64,000 bases of DNA from Octopus bimaculoides (taxonomy: Eukaryota): positions 21,724,292 to 21,788,291 of the forward strand of contig NC_069000.1 in assembly GCF_001194135.2 (NCBI RefSeq), read 5' to 3'. The notes under the pieces are model-generated. The model worked only from the letters and a program-made list of their open reading frames with translations. It had not been told where the DNA came from and ran no database searches. The position numbers and the translations under genes were made by a program. How positions within the stretch are numbered: position 1 is the stretch's first letter; the number at the start of each line of letters is the position of its first letter. Positions 1 to 11,665 of this stretch are shown one piece after another.

Positions 1-467
1 ACTAAATGATTAAAAGCATTCCAACCATGACCATAATCATTCAGTTTGTATTTAGAACTACATTATATATGTTATTCACTTTCGAGATGGTAGAATATTT
101 GACTGCTATTTGTAGCAGCCCAAATGATCACATAGGGGCATATGTCTTATATTAGATATTAAGGTGATGGTGGACTCATGTTACACTTAAATTGGCATTT
201 ATTAATATTCCTTAACCAATCTATCTTAATCCTCAGCACATCTCACAATTCTCTTCTATTTCTCTTTTACAGTCAGTCGCTTATTCTGTGAATCTGAATC
301 TTTCAAGATGTATCTTATCTTGGATGTCAATACACAGACGTATCCAGTGGAACTTGGTAAGTCACACTTCATTTGATACTTTAATTGGTTTGTTTTGTCT
401 CTACAGTTCACTGTCTATCTTTTATCTCACACACACACTCTCTCTCTCTCTCTCTCTCATGTATATT

Positions 468-625
468 TAACTGTCCTATCTCTCCCATATACAATCAACT
501 GTCTTCTCTTGCTTATATTTCGCTGTCCCTTCTCTTACATTTTACAGTCTTTCCTCACATGTTTCACTGTCCCTTCTCTCACATTTTACTGTCCCCTCTC
601 TTACATTTCACTGTTCTCTTTTTAG
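468..625. repeat. Imperfect ~22-23 bp minisatellite (consensus ~TTCACTGTCCCTTCTCTTACATT), about 7 units
   Basis: Recurrent ACTGTCCC(T)TCTC(T/A)CACATT(T) units read directly; boundaries approximate. Confidence 0.7.
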
Positions 626-1086
626 ATTCCAGTGTCTTAACATTTACTCAATATTTTTTTTTTGCATTTCAGTTTCCCTTCTATATTTCAGTAATACCTC
701 TACAAATCCTGACTGACTAGGTGAAATACTCACCTTTTTGTCAGGTGGCCTGACTAAATCAAATGTAAAACTATGCTTTACCCTATACTGCAACTCTTGT
801 AGGAGTTCCACTTGTGATATTCCAGGATCTTAGTTGCCCTATCTTTATTAACTAATTTTATACCAGCTTATGATGGCCTCTGGTGTAACAACAGTGCTAC
901 AGCTGCAGCAGATGTTATCATTCTTCTTTTCTCATTCTTTTTCTATTCCTGTTTCTGTCTTTCCTTCTCCTCTCACAAAATTACTGCAAGATAATCAATG
1001 AGTATCTCAACCTGTTAGATATAGCAACCAAATCACACCCTACTATCTTTAACATGTAAGGATACATTGGATCATGTAGTCTAAGG

Positions 1087-1384
1087 CAGGGGTTTTCAAA
1101 CTTTTTGACTTGCAGACCCCTTTATATTCCAGGCTTTACCTTAGGGACCCCCTTATAAACGCTTATGAAATTTATACATAAATATTTGCTTAAAATAACA
1201 TATATTTTTACATTTATTTATTTAACAGTATCTAACAAATAGATTTATTGTCAATTAAAAGATTTCGATTAAAAAAACATATATAAAATCAAAATGCCTA
1301 TAAAATGTATTTGCTGTCCACGGACCCCCTATCTTGTCCTTGTGGACCCCCTGTGGTCCGTGGACCACAGTTTAAAAACCCCTG
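1087..1384. mobile_element. hAT (Charlie/Tip100-like) MITE
   Basis: TIRs CAGGGGTTTTCAAACT / AGTTTAAAAACCCCTG; 8-bp TSD GTCTAAGG (1079-1086) / GTCTAAGA (1385-1392); no ORF. Confidence 0.9.
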
Positions 1385-1385
1385 G

Positions 1386-1489
1386 TCTAAGATATACAAA
1401 GGACAGGATTATCTAAGGTATACAAAGGACAGGATTATCTAAGGTATACAAAGGACAGGATTATCTAAGGTATACAAAGGACAGGATTA
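1386..1489. repeat. 26-bp tandem repeat x4 (TCTAAGGTATACAAAGGACAGGATTA)
   Basis: Four contiguous copies, one substitution in copy 1; starts inside the right TSD of the MITE. Confidence 0.95.
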
Positions 1490-1904
1490 TCCATCATAGA
1501 TTTACTTGTGCAGTACTGACATCAAACAACAGCAACAGTATCATAAAGGAGTTTTTTTAAATGTAATATGTCTTTCCACTGTGGTTGTAAGTTTAATGAA
1601 ACAGTGTTGTTTATTTGCATTTAATAGAGTAGAGCTAGGAGATTAACGGTCAAGTCAATTTCTTGCTACTTTGAACAACTTGCTTGAAGGCAAAACTCAA
1701 CTTGCCACTGGTAAAACTCGGAATAATAAGAGATCGACTAAAAACACTATTTCAATGCCTTTTTTAAGTTTAGGAAGTGGGTTACATTACTGCTGGTTCT
1801 CTAGCTTTCATTCACCTCTTCCTTCCCAGGAGCTCCCTGTGTGCCTGTTTAGTCATATTACATACAACATATCTCTCACAATGATCAAAGAATATCACCA
1901 TCAT

Positions 1905-2100
1905 CATCATTTAATGGCCATGTTCCATGCTGGCATGGGTTGGATGGTTTGATGGGTTCCAATGAGTCCAACAACAGCATTGTGCTCTAATGACATAACT
2001 CTTTCCACACTTTCTGTAGTTTTTATGACCTGCTCCCACAATTTGACACCTCTGTAATTACTCCTCTCTAAGGCATCTCCTTTACCACTGTAACAGTGGT
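1905..2100 (-). mobile_element. RTE-clade LINE fragment joined to a (GAT)n-tailed 3' piece
   Basis: Minus-strand translation HCYSGKGDALERSNYRGVKLWEQVIKTTESVERV matches the RTE ORF motif KGKGDALERxNYRGIKLL..VMK..ERV. Confidence 0.8.
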
Positions 2101-2104
2101 ATAG

Positions 2105-2152
<48 letters not shown>

Positions 2153-2178
2153 GTATGTATATATGTAGGTATGTATAT

Positions 2179-2399
2179 ATCATCATCATCGTTTAACGTC
2201 CGCTTTCCATGCTAGCATGGGTTGGACGATTTGACTGAGGACTGGTGAAACCGGATGGCAACACCAGGCTCCAGTCTGATTTGGCAGAGTTTCTACAGCT
2301 GGATGCCCTTCCTAACGCCAACCACTCAGAGAGTGTAGTGGGTGCTTTTACGTGTCACCCGCACGAAAACGGCCACGCTCGAAATGGTGTCTTTTATGT
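2179..2399 (-). mobile_element. Young RTE-type LINE 3' end with (GAT)n tail, truncated by gap
   Basis: Carries AGGAAGGGCATCCAGCTGTAGAAA core (minus strand); about 3 differences from 63814-64000 over ~185 bp. Confidence 0.8.
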
Positions 2400-2691
2400 N
2401 NNNNNNNNNNNNNNNNNNNNNNNNNNNNNNNNNNNNNNNNNNNNNNNNNNNNNNNNNNNNNNNNNNNNNNNNNNNNNNNNNNNNNNNNNNNNNNNNNNNN
2501 NNNNNNNNNNNNNNNNNNNNNNNNNNNNNNNNNNNNNNNNNNNNNNNNNNNNNNNNNNNNNNNNNNNNNNNNNNNNNNNNNNNNNNNNNNNNNNNNNNNN
2601 NNNNNNNNNNNNNNNNNNNNNNNNNNNNNNNNNNNNNNNNNNNNNNNNNNNNNNNNNNNNNNNNNNNNNNNNNNNNNNNNNNNNNNNNNNN
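2400..2691. other. Assembly gap (N run); other gaps at 6988-6997, 11055-11223, 18259-18538, 20003-20148, 40048-40057
   Basis: N characters, most abutting (TA)n or (TG)n tracts. Confidence 1.
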
Positions 2692-2887
2692 ATTTAATGG
2701 CCATGTTCCATGCTGGCATGGGTTGGATGGTTTGATGGGTTCCAATGAGTCCAACAACAGCATTGTGCTCTAATGACATAACTCTTTCCACACTTTCTGT
2801 AGTTTTTATGACCTGCTCCCACAATTTGACACCTCTGTAATTACTCCTCTCTAAGGCATCTCCTTTACCACTGTAACAGTGGTATAG

Positions 2888-2920
<33 letters not shown>
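2692..2920 (-). repeat. Direct duplicate of 1909-2140 across the gap
   Basis: Sequence identical at offset 783 bp as far as can be read. Confidence 0.9.
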
Positions 2921-2934
<14 letters not shown>

Positions 2935-2935
<1 letters not shown>

Positions 2936-3128
2936 TCTTTTACTTGTTTCAGTCATTTGACTGCGGCCATGCTAGAGTACCACCTTTTATAGTCAAGCAA
3001 ATCAACCCCAGGACTTATTCTTTGCAAACCAAGTACTTATTCCATCTATCTCTTTTGCCGAACTGCTAAGTTACGGGGACGCAAACACACCAGCATCGGT
3101 TGTGAAGCAATGCTGGGGGGACAAACAG

Positions 3129-3224
<96 letters not shown>

Positions 3225-3368
3225 CGGGCTTCTTCCGGTTTCCACCTACCAAATCCACTCACAAGGCTTTGGTTGGCCTGAGGCTATAGTAGAAGACATT
3301 TGCCCAAGGTGCCACGCAGTGGGGACTGAACCTGGGACCATATGGTAGGTAAGCAAGCTACTTACCAT
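2935..3368 (-). mobile_element. tRNA-derived SINE, family A1 (head + central microsatellite + ...GACTGAAACAAGTAAAAGAG tail)
   Basis: Colinear with full copy at 36027-36466 in reverse orientation. Confidence 0.9.
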
Positions 3369-3560
3369 ACGGATTTATATATGTATGTGTGTATCTTTGT
3401 ATGTAAGAGTATATAAATATAAAATTTCCTGACATTCTGTATCACATTGCTACACAATAACAAGCGATACAATGCTGCATAATATATAACCATGTATAAT
3501 GATGATAATAATAATCACGACAGCAACACCAACAACAATAAAAACAAATGCCTTTTGTTA

Positions 3561-4169
3561 TTAATATGGGGTAGGACTGCCTTTGGCAGTAATTACAGCT
3601 TGAATTCTACGAGGTATGGACTCATACAAATTTTGAATTCTTTCCGATGGAATTTTTGTCCATTCTTCAGCTAAAACAGTCTCCAGTTCATGTAGTGGCT
3701 CCTTACTTGTTTTCTAAAATGCAGCATAAATGTTCAATAATATTGATATCTGGGGACTGTGGTGGCCATATAAGATGTTGAACTCCACTAGAATGGTCCT
3801 CATGCCATTCTTTAACAACTTTAGCTCTGTGATTGCAGTTTCCCTCCGGAAACAGTTCTGCAACCATAGGATGAATTTGCTCAGATAGAATGCTTAAATA
3901 GTCTTGGCTATTAATTCTGCCATGAAGGGAAAGCATTGGTCCCGCAAACTCCCAAGATGTAGCCCCCCCCCCATCATCATAGATCCGCCTCCGTGTTTAA
4001 CTGTTGGAAGAAGGCAGCTTGGGTCAAATGCTTCTTTTGGCTGTCTCCACACTTATACTCAGCTGGTGGTTGGAAATAGGGTAAAGGATAACAAGTCCGA
4101 GAAAATAACATTCTTCCACTGCTTTAGGGGCCAATCTTGTAGGTTTTTACTCCACTTTAAGTGCCACAA
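3561..4169 (-). pseudogene. Tc1-family transposase relic (C-terminal DDE region)
   Basis: Minus-strand peptides WKNVIFSD, PTVKHGGGS, WPPQSPDINIIEHL, LYESIPRRIQAVITAKGSPTPY*; in-frame stops, a frameshift, and deletion of the FQxDNAP segment. Confidence 0.92.
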
Positions 4170-4355
4170 TACATATGTATAAACAGTTCAAAAATGTGTA
4201 AAATTAATACAAGAAAATGGAAAAGAAAAACATATAGTTGATACTTGGTTACATTCATCAGTATCACAATCAAAAAGTAATACCTATAAGATTCAGGATA
4301 TAGGGGGACCTTACCAAGAACAGAAATAATCAAAGAAATAAAAAAATTTAAAAAA

Positions 4356-4457
4356 ATCCTACGTATGTTTCAATGTGGCTTTAGGTTTGAATTATCAGCA
4401 TTCAAGCTAGTTTAGATGTAAAAACAAAAACACATTTAGGCAAATATCTTCAGGGAT
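4356..4457 (-). ncRNA. Degenerate type I hammerhead ribozyme motif in a probable Penelope-like fragment
   Basis: ATCC-CTGAAGA-(75 nt)-GAAAC-ATAC-GTA-GGAT: complete core, 4-bp helix I, helix II poorly paired. Confidence 0.45.
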
Positions 4458-4906
4458 AGATGTGTACTTTCAGATGTTGAACAACAAAATGAACTAAGTT
4501 GAGTACCCTGCTTTTAAATATTCAAACATAAACAATAATGTATTAGGACACCGATTTCATGTGAGATATTATACATTGAAATTTTGCTAAAATACTAAAA
4601 TGTATTTGAAAAATATACATATAAGGGATTAAGGGAATAGATAAATCATTTTATTATAATATGGGATGTTATGGGCTGTTAAGGGTATTAGAAACAGAAT
4701 GAGAGATGAAATAGATATTTGAAGGGAAAAATCATAAATGAATTTGGGAAATCAAAGAGGAAAATAATTTTATATATACTATAATAACTATTAACTATTT
4801 ATTAATTCTGTGTACTAACATATAGATTCCAATATTCTGAGAGAAGTTACTGTTTACATACTATGGAGATGAATTTAAATATTTATGCGAAAAAAATAGT
4901 CTTTTA

Positions 4907-4964
<58 letters not shown>

Positions 4965-5039
4965 ACGGTTGTCTACTCCTTATACAGAGTGTGATCACCT
5001 CCTGTACCTACACCTTAGTACCATCATGGCGTCTGATGT

Positions 5040-5560
5040 GGTTTTTTAAACCAGACAATATTCTGAAAAGACAACCACATAGATTGCACTTTTGATTTGG
5101 ACCACCAATACCTGCAGATAAGTTCTACTCTTTGTGGATCTTAACATGTCTTTTGAGGCTTCCGTTGGATTTGCAAACCTTCTGGCATTCAAAGGTGTAC
5201 ACAGACATATCGTCAGAATAGTTGGTGGAGGTTCATTGTCTATGCGTTTGCAGATGAGATTTGAGGCCAGCCAAAGACAGGCATTGTCTGTCACAGACTG
5301 TGCACACAAAAAGGTCATTGTCATTCACCTTCTCGATCATTACATTCTTCCTTAGATCTCTTTTGAGTCTTACTTATACTGGCCTCTTCAAATGCTTTTA
5401 CTCCAATCCACACCTTTGTCTGCCATCCAATTCGATCCGAAGCAAGGGTTTCTATGTCCTTTGGATCCATTCCAAGTGACTTCATAGTAGTCCTTATGCT
5501 GTCCTTAAACCTTGTCTCAAGCTCTGATTTTCTGCCTATTTTTGTTGGAACCATTGATAT
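5040..5560 (-). mobile_element. RTE-clade LINE 3' ORF fragment with C-terminal C2H2 fingers
   Basis: RFKDSIRTTMKSLGMDPKDIETLASDRIGW, then after a frameshift FVCTVCDRQCLSLAGLKSHLQTH and degenerate FECQKVCKSNGSLKRHVKIH. Confidence 0.85.
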
Positions 5561-5625
5561 GGAATATCGAAATTTTAATCCCTTTCACACTTATAAAATG
5601 TCAAGCAAACTTAATAATTTCTCAT

Positions 5626-6528
5626 TACCGTTTTAGCCAGGAGACCAAACTGATAGTTTGGTAACCCGCTAAAATAAACATTAAAAATCGAATGGAGAAA
5701 AATAAACAGCTCTGCAAGTTTAACTCAGTGGTTATTGAACAAGAGAGGTGCAAAAACTTGTTTGAATATACACATCTGTGAGGAGACATAAAGAAGAATA
5801 GTAGAAATCTACTATTCCCAAAAAACTGGTAATAAATACATTACAAGTGTTCTATGAAGAGAACATAAGATTGCTGCATAATTCAACATGAATGTGAAAC
5901 AACATTAAACATTGTATAAGGTAAATGAAGGTTTCTGTAGGAACGCTAAGTCATATTCACTTTGTGAGTTTACATGCGCAAGGATGAATTATGATGTTGT
6001 TTGTCGTTGTCGCCGTTAGATGCTGTAAGAACTGATACCGGTGATACCACCGGCAGTGAGGAATTTCATTATGTCATAACATAGAGAAAGCTAGCGAATA
6101 GCTTCCTGATGCAAATGCAAGCTAGACTCCCTAAGCGGAGAAAAACTGATCTATTTAAGGAAATTGCTTGTCTCCTTTGCGATAGGTAGAAACTCTAAGC
6201 AATGTAAAATATGGCTCAGACTGTGATTACCAGCATGAAAGTCAAACTTCAAAAAGTAGTTAACCATTTAAGGATTTTAATAAACTTATACAGAAAAAGT
6301 AAGCATTATACTGTCCAGCATAAATAAAAGTCAACTTCATTATATTTTTTTCTGTAAAAACCTAATCTGACATTAAATGAGTCAACTTCCCATACGTCAT
6401 TTTTCAGCAAAAAAAAATTTCTAAAAAAATTCTGGAAACGATCTACTCATGTAATTTATGCACCCCCCTAAAGTTTATTTTTGTTTTTGTGGAAAAAATT
6501 GTGTAAATTACATAGGTTTTTTATAGTA
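5626..6528. mobile_element. Probable DNA-transposon remnant(s) with hairpin-structured ends, unclassified
   Basis: Left nested hairpin TTTTAGC..ACCAAACT-GAT-AGTTTGGT..GCTAAAA (5631-5674); right inverted 10-mers ATGTAATTTA/TAAATTACAT (6449-6513); AGTCAA(A)CTTC x3; CpG-rich interior; the two ends do not match each other. Confidence 0.4.
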
Positions 6529-6540
6529 TATGTGTGTGTC

Positions 6541-6573
<33 letters not shown>

Positions 6574-6689
6574 GTGTGTACATATATGCATGTGTGTGTA
6601 TGTATATATATATATTTGTATGCAAAAAAATGTGTGTATATGTATATTTAGCTAAATGATAGAAAATTGAATGTATATTCTGTATTTAA

Positions 6690-6802
6690 AATCACTACAA
6701 TTGTTTCAACACTAATCTTTACACCCATAGTACATTGGTGAAATATTGTGTAATCATTATTAACATGCATTCAAGGTGTAAAATGCTTCTCTTCAGGTAA
6801 TT
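6690..6802 (-). ncRNA. Type I hammerhead ribozyme motif with long helix II (Penelope-like fragment ~6650-6910)
   Basis: AATTAC-CTGAAGA-(82 nt incl. TTTTACACC/GGTGTAAAG stem)-GAAAC-AATT-GTA-GTGATT; 6-bp helix I; palindromic ACAATTGT helix III. Confidence 0.62.
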
Positions 6803-7699
6803 GTTTGAATAAATCCTTTAGTAAATCCTACCATCATTTCACCCAGCGTGAGAATGCATACACAAAGTGATGTCATTTCCAGTAGCTTACAGAGAAAACT
6901 AAACTTACATATATGTTTGTAAGTATGTATGTGTATATATGTGTGTGTGTATATCTATCTATCTATCTATCTATATATATATATATANNNNNNNNNNATA
7001 TATGTATGTATGTATTTACATGTGCGTGTATAGGTCTTTGGTTTGTGTTAGCTATCACAATGAAGGGTCTGCACAGTAATTGCCTACATTAGGAACTATT
7101 GTGTTTTTTGTGTTATTTATGTTGTATATACAAAGTACCCTTTTAATTGTTGTTTCTTTGCTGTGTTAAGTGTAGCTAATCTTTGTGATGTGCATGTTGG
7201 TGAGAAGAGCTTTTCTCTGATTCATCACATTTTAGAAATGGATTGTCTAAGATCCCAGGTAAAATGTTACATGTATGCTTTCTAGAATATAAGAAATTCT
7301 AACGGTGAAACTTTCATTAAGTTTCTTCAGGTTTTTGGAGGACAATTGTGTAATGGTAGGCATTATATTCCGAACTGTTACTGCGTAGGATTTGCAAGAG
7401 TGCAAAGTGCAGAAACGGGAAATTGAGCATAGCAACAGACTAAAGCTTTCGCTTCAAATAAATTAGCACACACACTTACACACATAGAATGTGTGGAAAG
7501 ATGCACAAAGGATTTTACTTGTAGAAAGTATAATTGTGGAATGGTGCAGTGATCTGATAAATACATACTCTAATTTACAGGTAGCAGAGTTCTGAAATTA
7601 TGGTCAATTGAAGAACTTACTCAGCCAAATTTGAATGGTCTTTTAATTCCTTTCATTCTTTGCCATATGCTCTCCGCTGTTACTACACTGTACCATTCA

Positions 7700-7952
7700 C
7701 TACAATTCTGAGCATCTGTTTATTAATCCTTTCATTATCATATTCCTACCCAGAATACACTGTATTTGTTTCAGATAATTTTGGAAATGATGAATTTAGT
7801 AAAATAACTTTCCTATCATTAAGCTGGTGTTTCGAACATATATTAACATGAAATATTGTTGAAAGGTTTTAAATTTAGATCACTTTAAGACAGGACATTT
7901 GCATCATTGAACTGTGGGCAGTCTCAGGCAGTTTGGTATCGAAAGTGTTAAA
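7700..7952. mobile_element. Degenerate piggyBac-type MITE (second family; similar copy ~42550-42772)
   Basis: Right end GGTATCGAAAGTG-TTAA; interior similar to 42550-42772; left end unclear. Confidence 0.5.
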
Positions 7953-8358
7953 GATATATATTCCAGTTATATACTGGGGTAAATCAACTAACTGGATGTC
8001 ACCTAGCTCACTCCTTCCCCTCTCATTCTTCTTGGCATTGTGCCAAATCAATAAATCAGTATTTTAATCTCTGATGAGGGAGGAGACTGAAATCTCTTCA
8101 ATAATAGCCTCTCCCATCACACCCCAAAACAATAATACAATGTTATGTATTAATTAGCATATGTTGGAGAAGTATAAAATGTGTGTGTGTGTTTGTGTGT
8201 GTGCTGTGCGTCTGTGATTTGCTTCATTTCATTAACTATTAATGAATTTCCAAAAAAAGAAAAAAGCTAATAACAAAATAAAAAAACGAACAGTATTCAT
8301 CTCTCTTCCTCTTTCACTTCTGTCTGCCTTAATACCGTCTATGTTTATATATTGTCTG

Positions 8359-8434
<76 letters not shown>

Positions 8435-9639
8435 GATCTCCTTATCTGATTATATCTTATCTCTCTGTATGTTGTCTCTGTCTTTCTCTGTATCATCTGT
8501 CTGTCCATAGAAACTATATGACCATGCATACACACACACAATGTGTGTGTGTGTGTGTCTATGGTTATGTATGTGTATCTGTGAACTTGTATGTATTTGT
8601 GCATATGTAAATATGTGTGTGTGTTTATGTATATATATTACATTATGCTAAAGGTAGAATGGAAATATCCCTAAGCTGGCTGTCTGGAACTTACCTTTCC
8701 TTCCTTTCTTTCTTTTCTTCCATCTGTCTTTTCCTCTTTTTTTTTTTTCTGTCTTGGTTTACTTTTTGGGGGAAAAAAAATGTGAGATAGACAGGAACGA
8801 TGATGTTGATGGTGATGGTGATGGTGATATGTTGTTGGTTGTGGGAGTGATATTGGTGGTTGTGGGAGTAACGTTGGTGGTCGTGGGAGGAAGGTTGATG
8901 GTGTCTATTGTTTTTCGAGGATTGTGGTTGTTGCGTGTATATGTGCATATATGTATACACACACACACATACACACACACACACTTGCACATATATACAT
9001 ATATGTATGTGTGAATATGTATTTGTGGTGAAGACTCGATGTGCATGTTTGTATATACTTGTTTTTGTGTGTGTATGTATAGGTGTTTCCCTGCGTGTAA
9101 TTTTCTCTGCATATTGATGTGTGTGTGTGTGTGTGTGTGTGTGTGTCTGTCTAGGTATGCATAGATAGCTCTAGGTTTATTTATATATGTAGTTACATAT
9201 CCTTGTATGCATGCATGTGTGTATGTGTATATACATATGACTATATGCATTTAGTGTTGTTTATTTGTGTTTGCATGCATGCATGTATCTGTGTATGTAT
9301 GTGTGTGTGTGTGTGTGTGTGTGTATGCTTGCAATGTTCCCAGTTACCGGTACTTCCTGTCTTGCTCCCATATATAATGTATGTTGTCTGGTGTATCTGT
9401 AATATATGTGTGAGGTATGATGTAATATATATGTAGAGAGGTACATAATGTATCGGTGAGAGGCACTGCTGCCACCATGTAATAAATTCAACTCATGTGA
9501 TGTCATGTGATGTAATGTTTGGCCTGTACGCAGCAGCCTTGCTGCCTCTTATCCACTTGTCTGCATCAATGTCTTCTTTTGCTGTTTCCTCCTCCTCCTC
9601 CTCCTCCTCCTATCCCCCCTCTACACAGCTGCATTTTTG

Positions 9640-9642
9640 TTG

Positions 9643-9697
<55 letters not shown>

Positions 9698-9972
9698 CTC
9701 TGTTTGTCTATCTATCTCTCTGTCTGTCTGTCTATCTATCCATCTATCTGTCTATCTACCCTTCTATTTGTCTGTCTGTCTATCTGTCTGTCTATTTGTC
9801 TGTCTGTATGTCTATCTGTGTGTCTGTCTGTCTATCTGTCTGTCTGTCTGTCTATCAATCTATCTATCTGCCTATCTTCCCATCTGTCTGTTTGTCTATC
9901 TGTCTGTCTGTCTATCTGTCTGTCTGTCTGTCTATCTATCTGTCTGTCTGTCTAGCTACCTACCTACCTGTT

Positions 9973-10011
<39 letters not shown>

Positions 10012-10520
10012 CTACCTAATTGTTTGTCTGTCTATCGATCTGACTTTTATCTATCACTCTTTCCATCCATGTTTGTCCATATGTATGTCTCTCTGTTTGT
10101 CTGACTATTCGTCTGTCTGTCTATCTCTCTCTTTCTGTCTGTCTCTATCTCTTTCTCTTTCTTTCTTTCTTTCTGTTTGTCTGTGCCTGTCTGTCTAGCT
10201 ATCTGTTTATATCTGTTTATCTATCGACCTGTTTGTTTGTCTATTTGTCTGTCTGTCTATCTCTGTCTGCTTGCTTGTTTGTCTATCTAGCTGTCTATCT
10301 ATTGCTTCTCAGTTTTTCTGTCTATCTTCCTGTTTGTCTATCTCATTGTCCTATCTCCCTGATTGTCTATCCATCTATCTGTATGTCTTTCTCTATTTGA
10401 CTATCTTGCCATCCATATATCTGCCCATCTCTGTATTGTTGCCTATCCATTGATATTTGTCTGCCTGTCCAGCAATTAATATATATCTATCTGTCTATCC
10501 ATACATATATTTACCTGTCT
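9640..10520. repeat. Compound (TCTA)n/(TCTG)n tetranucleotide array
   Basis: Direct reading; similar arrays at 8355-8435 and 56430-56690. Confidence 0.95.
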
Positions 10521-10561
10521 TGCCATTAACATATCTTAGAATTTACCTATTTTTTCAGCAC

Positions 10562-10613
<52 letters not shown>

Positions 10614-10614
<1 letters not shown>

Positions 10615-10998
10615 TAGCCATGTGGTTTCGGTTTCAGTCCCATTGTGTAGTACCTTGGGCAAGTGTCTTTTACTATAGCTTTTAACTGACATAAGTATTG
10701 TGAGTGGGTTCTGTAGATGGAAACTAACAGAAGCTCATATGTGTGCATGTGTGTGTGTGCATGCATGTTTGTGTCTCTTTGCTTTGCCTTGACACCATGC
10801 ATCAGTAGCAAACAAGTGATATCTTTATACAAGCAGTGCTGTTTATTTTCAATCTTCCATGAAAACATGTCCAGTCTTGTGGAAACATTACCTTGCCTAG
10901 AAACAAGTGGAGGTTGGCAACAGGAAGGCCATCCAACCATAGGAAATCTGCCTTAACAAATTCTGCGCAAGAATCAAGAAGCGAATATTAAATGATGA
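10614..10998 (+). mobile_element. SINE family A2: family-A tRNA head + microsatellite + RTE-type (GAT)n tail
   Basis: Head ..TTTCAGTCCC..ACCTTGGGCAAGTGTCTT; tail AGGAAGGCCATCCAACCATAGGAAATCTGCC..TTAAATGATGATG. Confidence 0.7.
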
Positions 10999-11223
10999 TG
11001 TATATATATATATATATACATACATACATTTTATATATATATATATATATATATNNNNNNNNNNNNNNNNNNNNNNNNNNNNNNNNNNNNNNNNNNNNNN
11101 NNNNNNNNNNNNNNNNNNNNNNNNNNNNNNNNNNNNNNNNNNNNNNNNNNNNNNNNNNNNNNNNNNNNNNNNNNNNNNNNNNNNNNNNNNNNNNNNNNNN
11201 NNNNNNNNNNNNNNNNNNNNNNN

Positions 11224-11286
<63 letters not shown>

Positions 11287-11289
<3 letters not shown>

Positions 11290-11665
11290 TTTACTTATTT
11301 CAGTCATTTCAATGTGGCCATTCTGGGGCACTGTGCTGAAGGGTTTAGTTGAGCAAACTGCCTCTGCTACTTATTTTACCTTTTTTTAAGTGTGGTACTT
11401 ATTCTATTCATCTCTTTAGCCAAACCATTGAGTTCTATGAGATGTAAACAAGCCAACATTGGTCAAGTTATGGTGAAGGGGGAGACAAACGTAAAGCACT
11501 CACACACATACACACACAAAAGGCTTCCACACAGTTTCCACATCTCAAATTCACTCACAAGGCTTTGGTTGGCCTGGGGTTATTGCAGAAGACACCTTCC
11601 CATGATGAGATGCAGGACTGAACCTGAAATCATGTGGTTGCAAAGCGAGCTTCTTAGCCACAAAG
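11287..11665 (-). mobile_element. SINE family A1
   Basis: Tail TCTTTTACTTATTTCAGTCATT through head on the minus strand. Confidence 0.8.

Noticed and set aside
1386-1489. Regular direct repeats as a CRISPR array
   Set aside because: Head-to-tail with no spacers; eukaryotic context; no cas genes
2235-2251. CTGAGGA-CTGGT-GAAAC in the young RTE tail (also at 41043 and ~63870) resembling a hammerhead core
   Set aside because: The 5-nt spacer cannot form helix II, there is no compatible helix I around a GUH site, and it lies antisense to the element
7330-7620. HIECVERCTKDF segment reminiscent of a hAT-like transposase C-terminus, with possible splice sites
   Set aside because: Too short and interrupted to assign without a profile search
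8071-8105. CTGATGA..GAAA hammerhead-like motif
   Set aside because: Helix II has at most 2 bp and helix I does not pair
8242-10019. Long ORFs made of YLSI/CVCV/THTH/YIYI repeats (and X-filled ORFs elsewhere)
   Set aside because: Translations of microsatellites or N gaps
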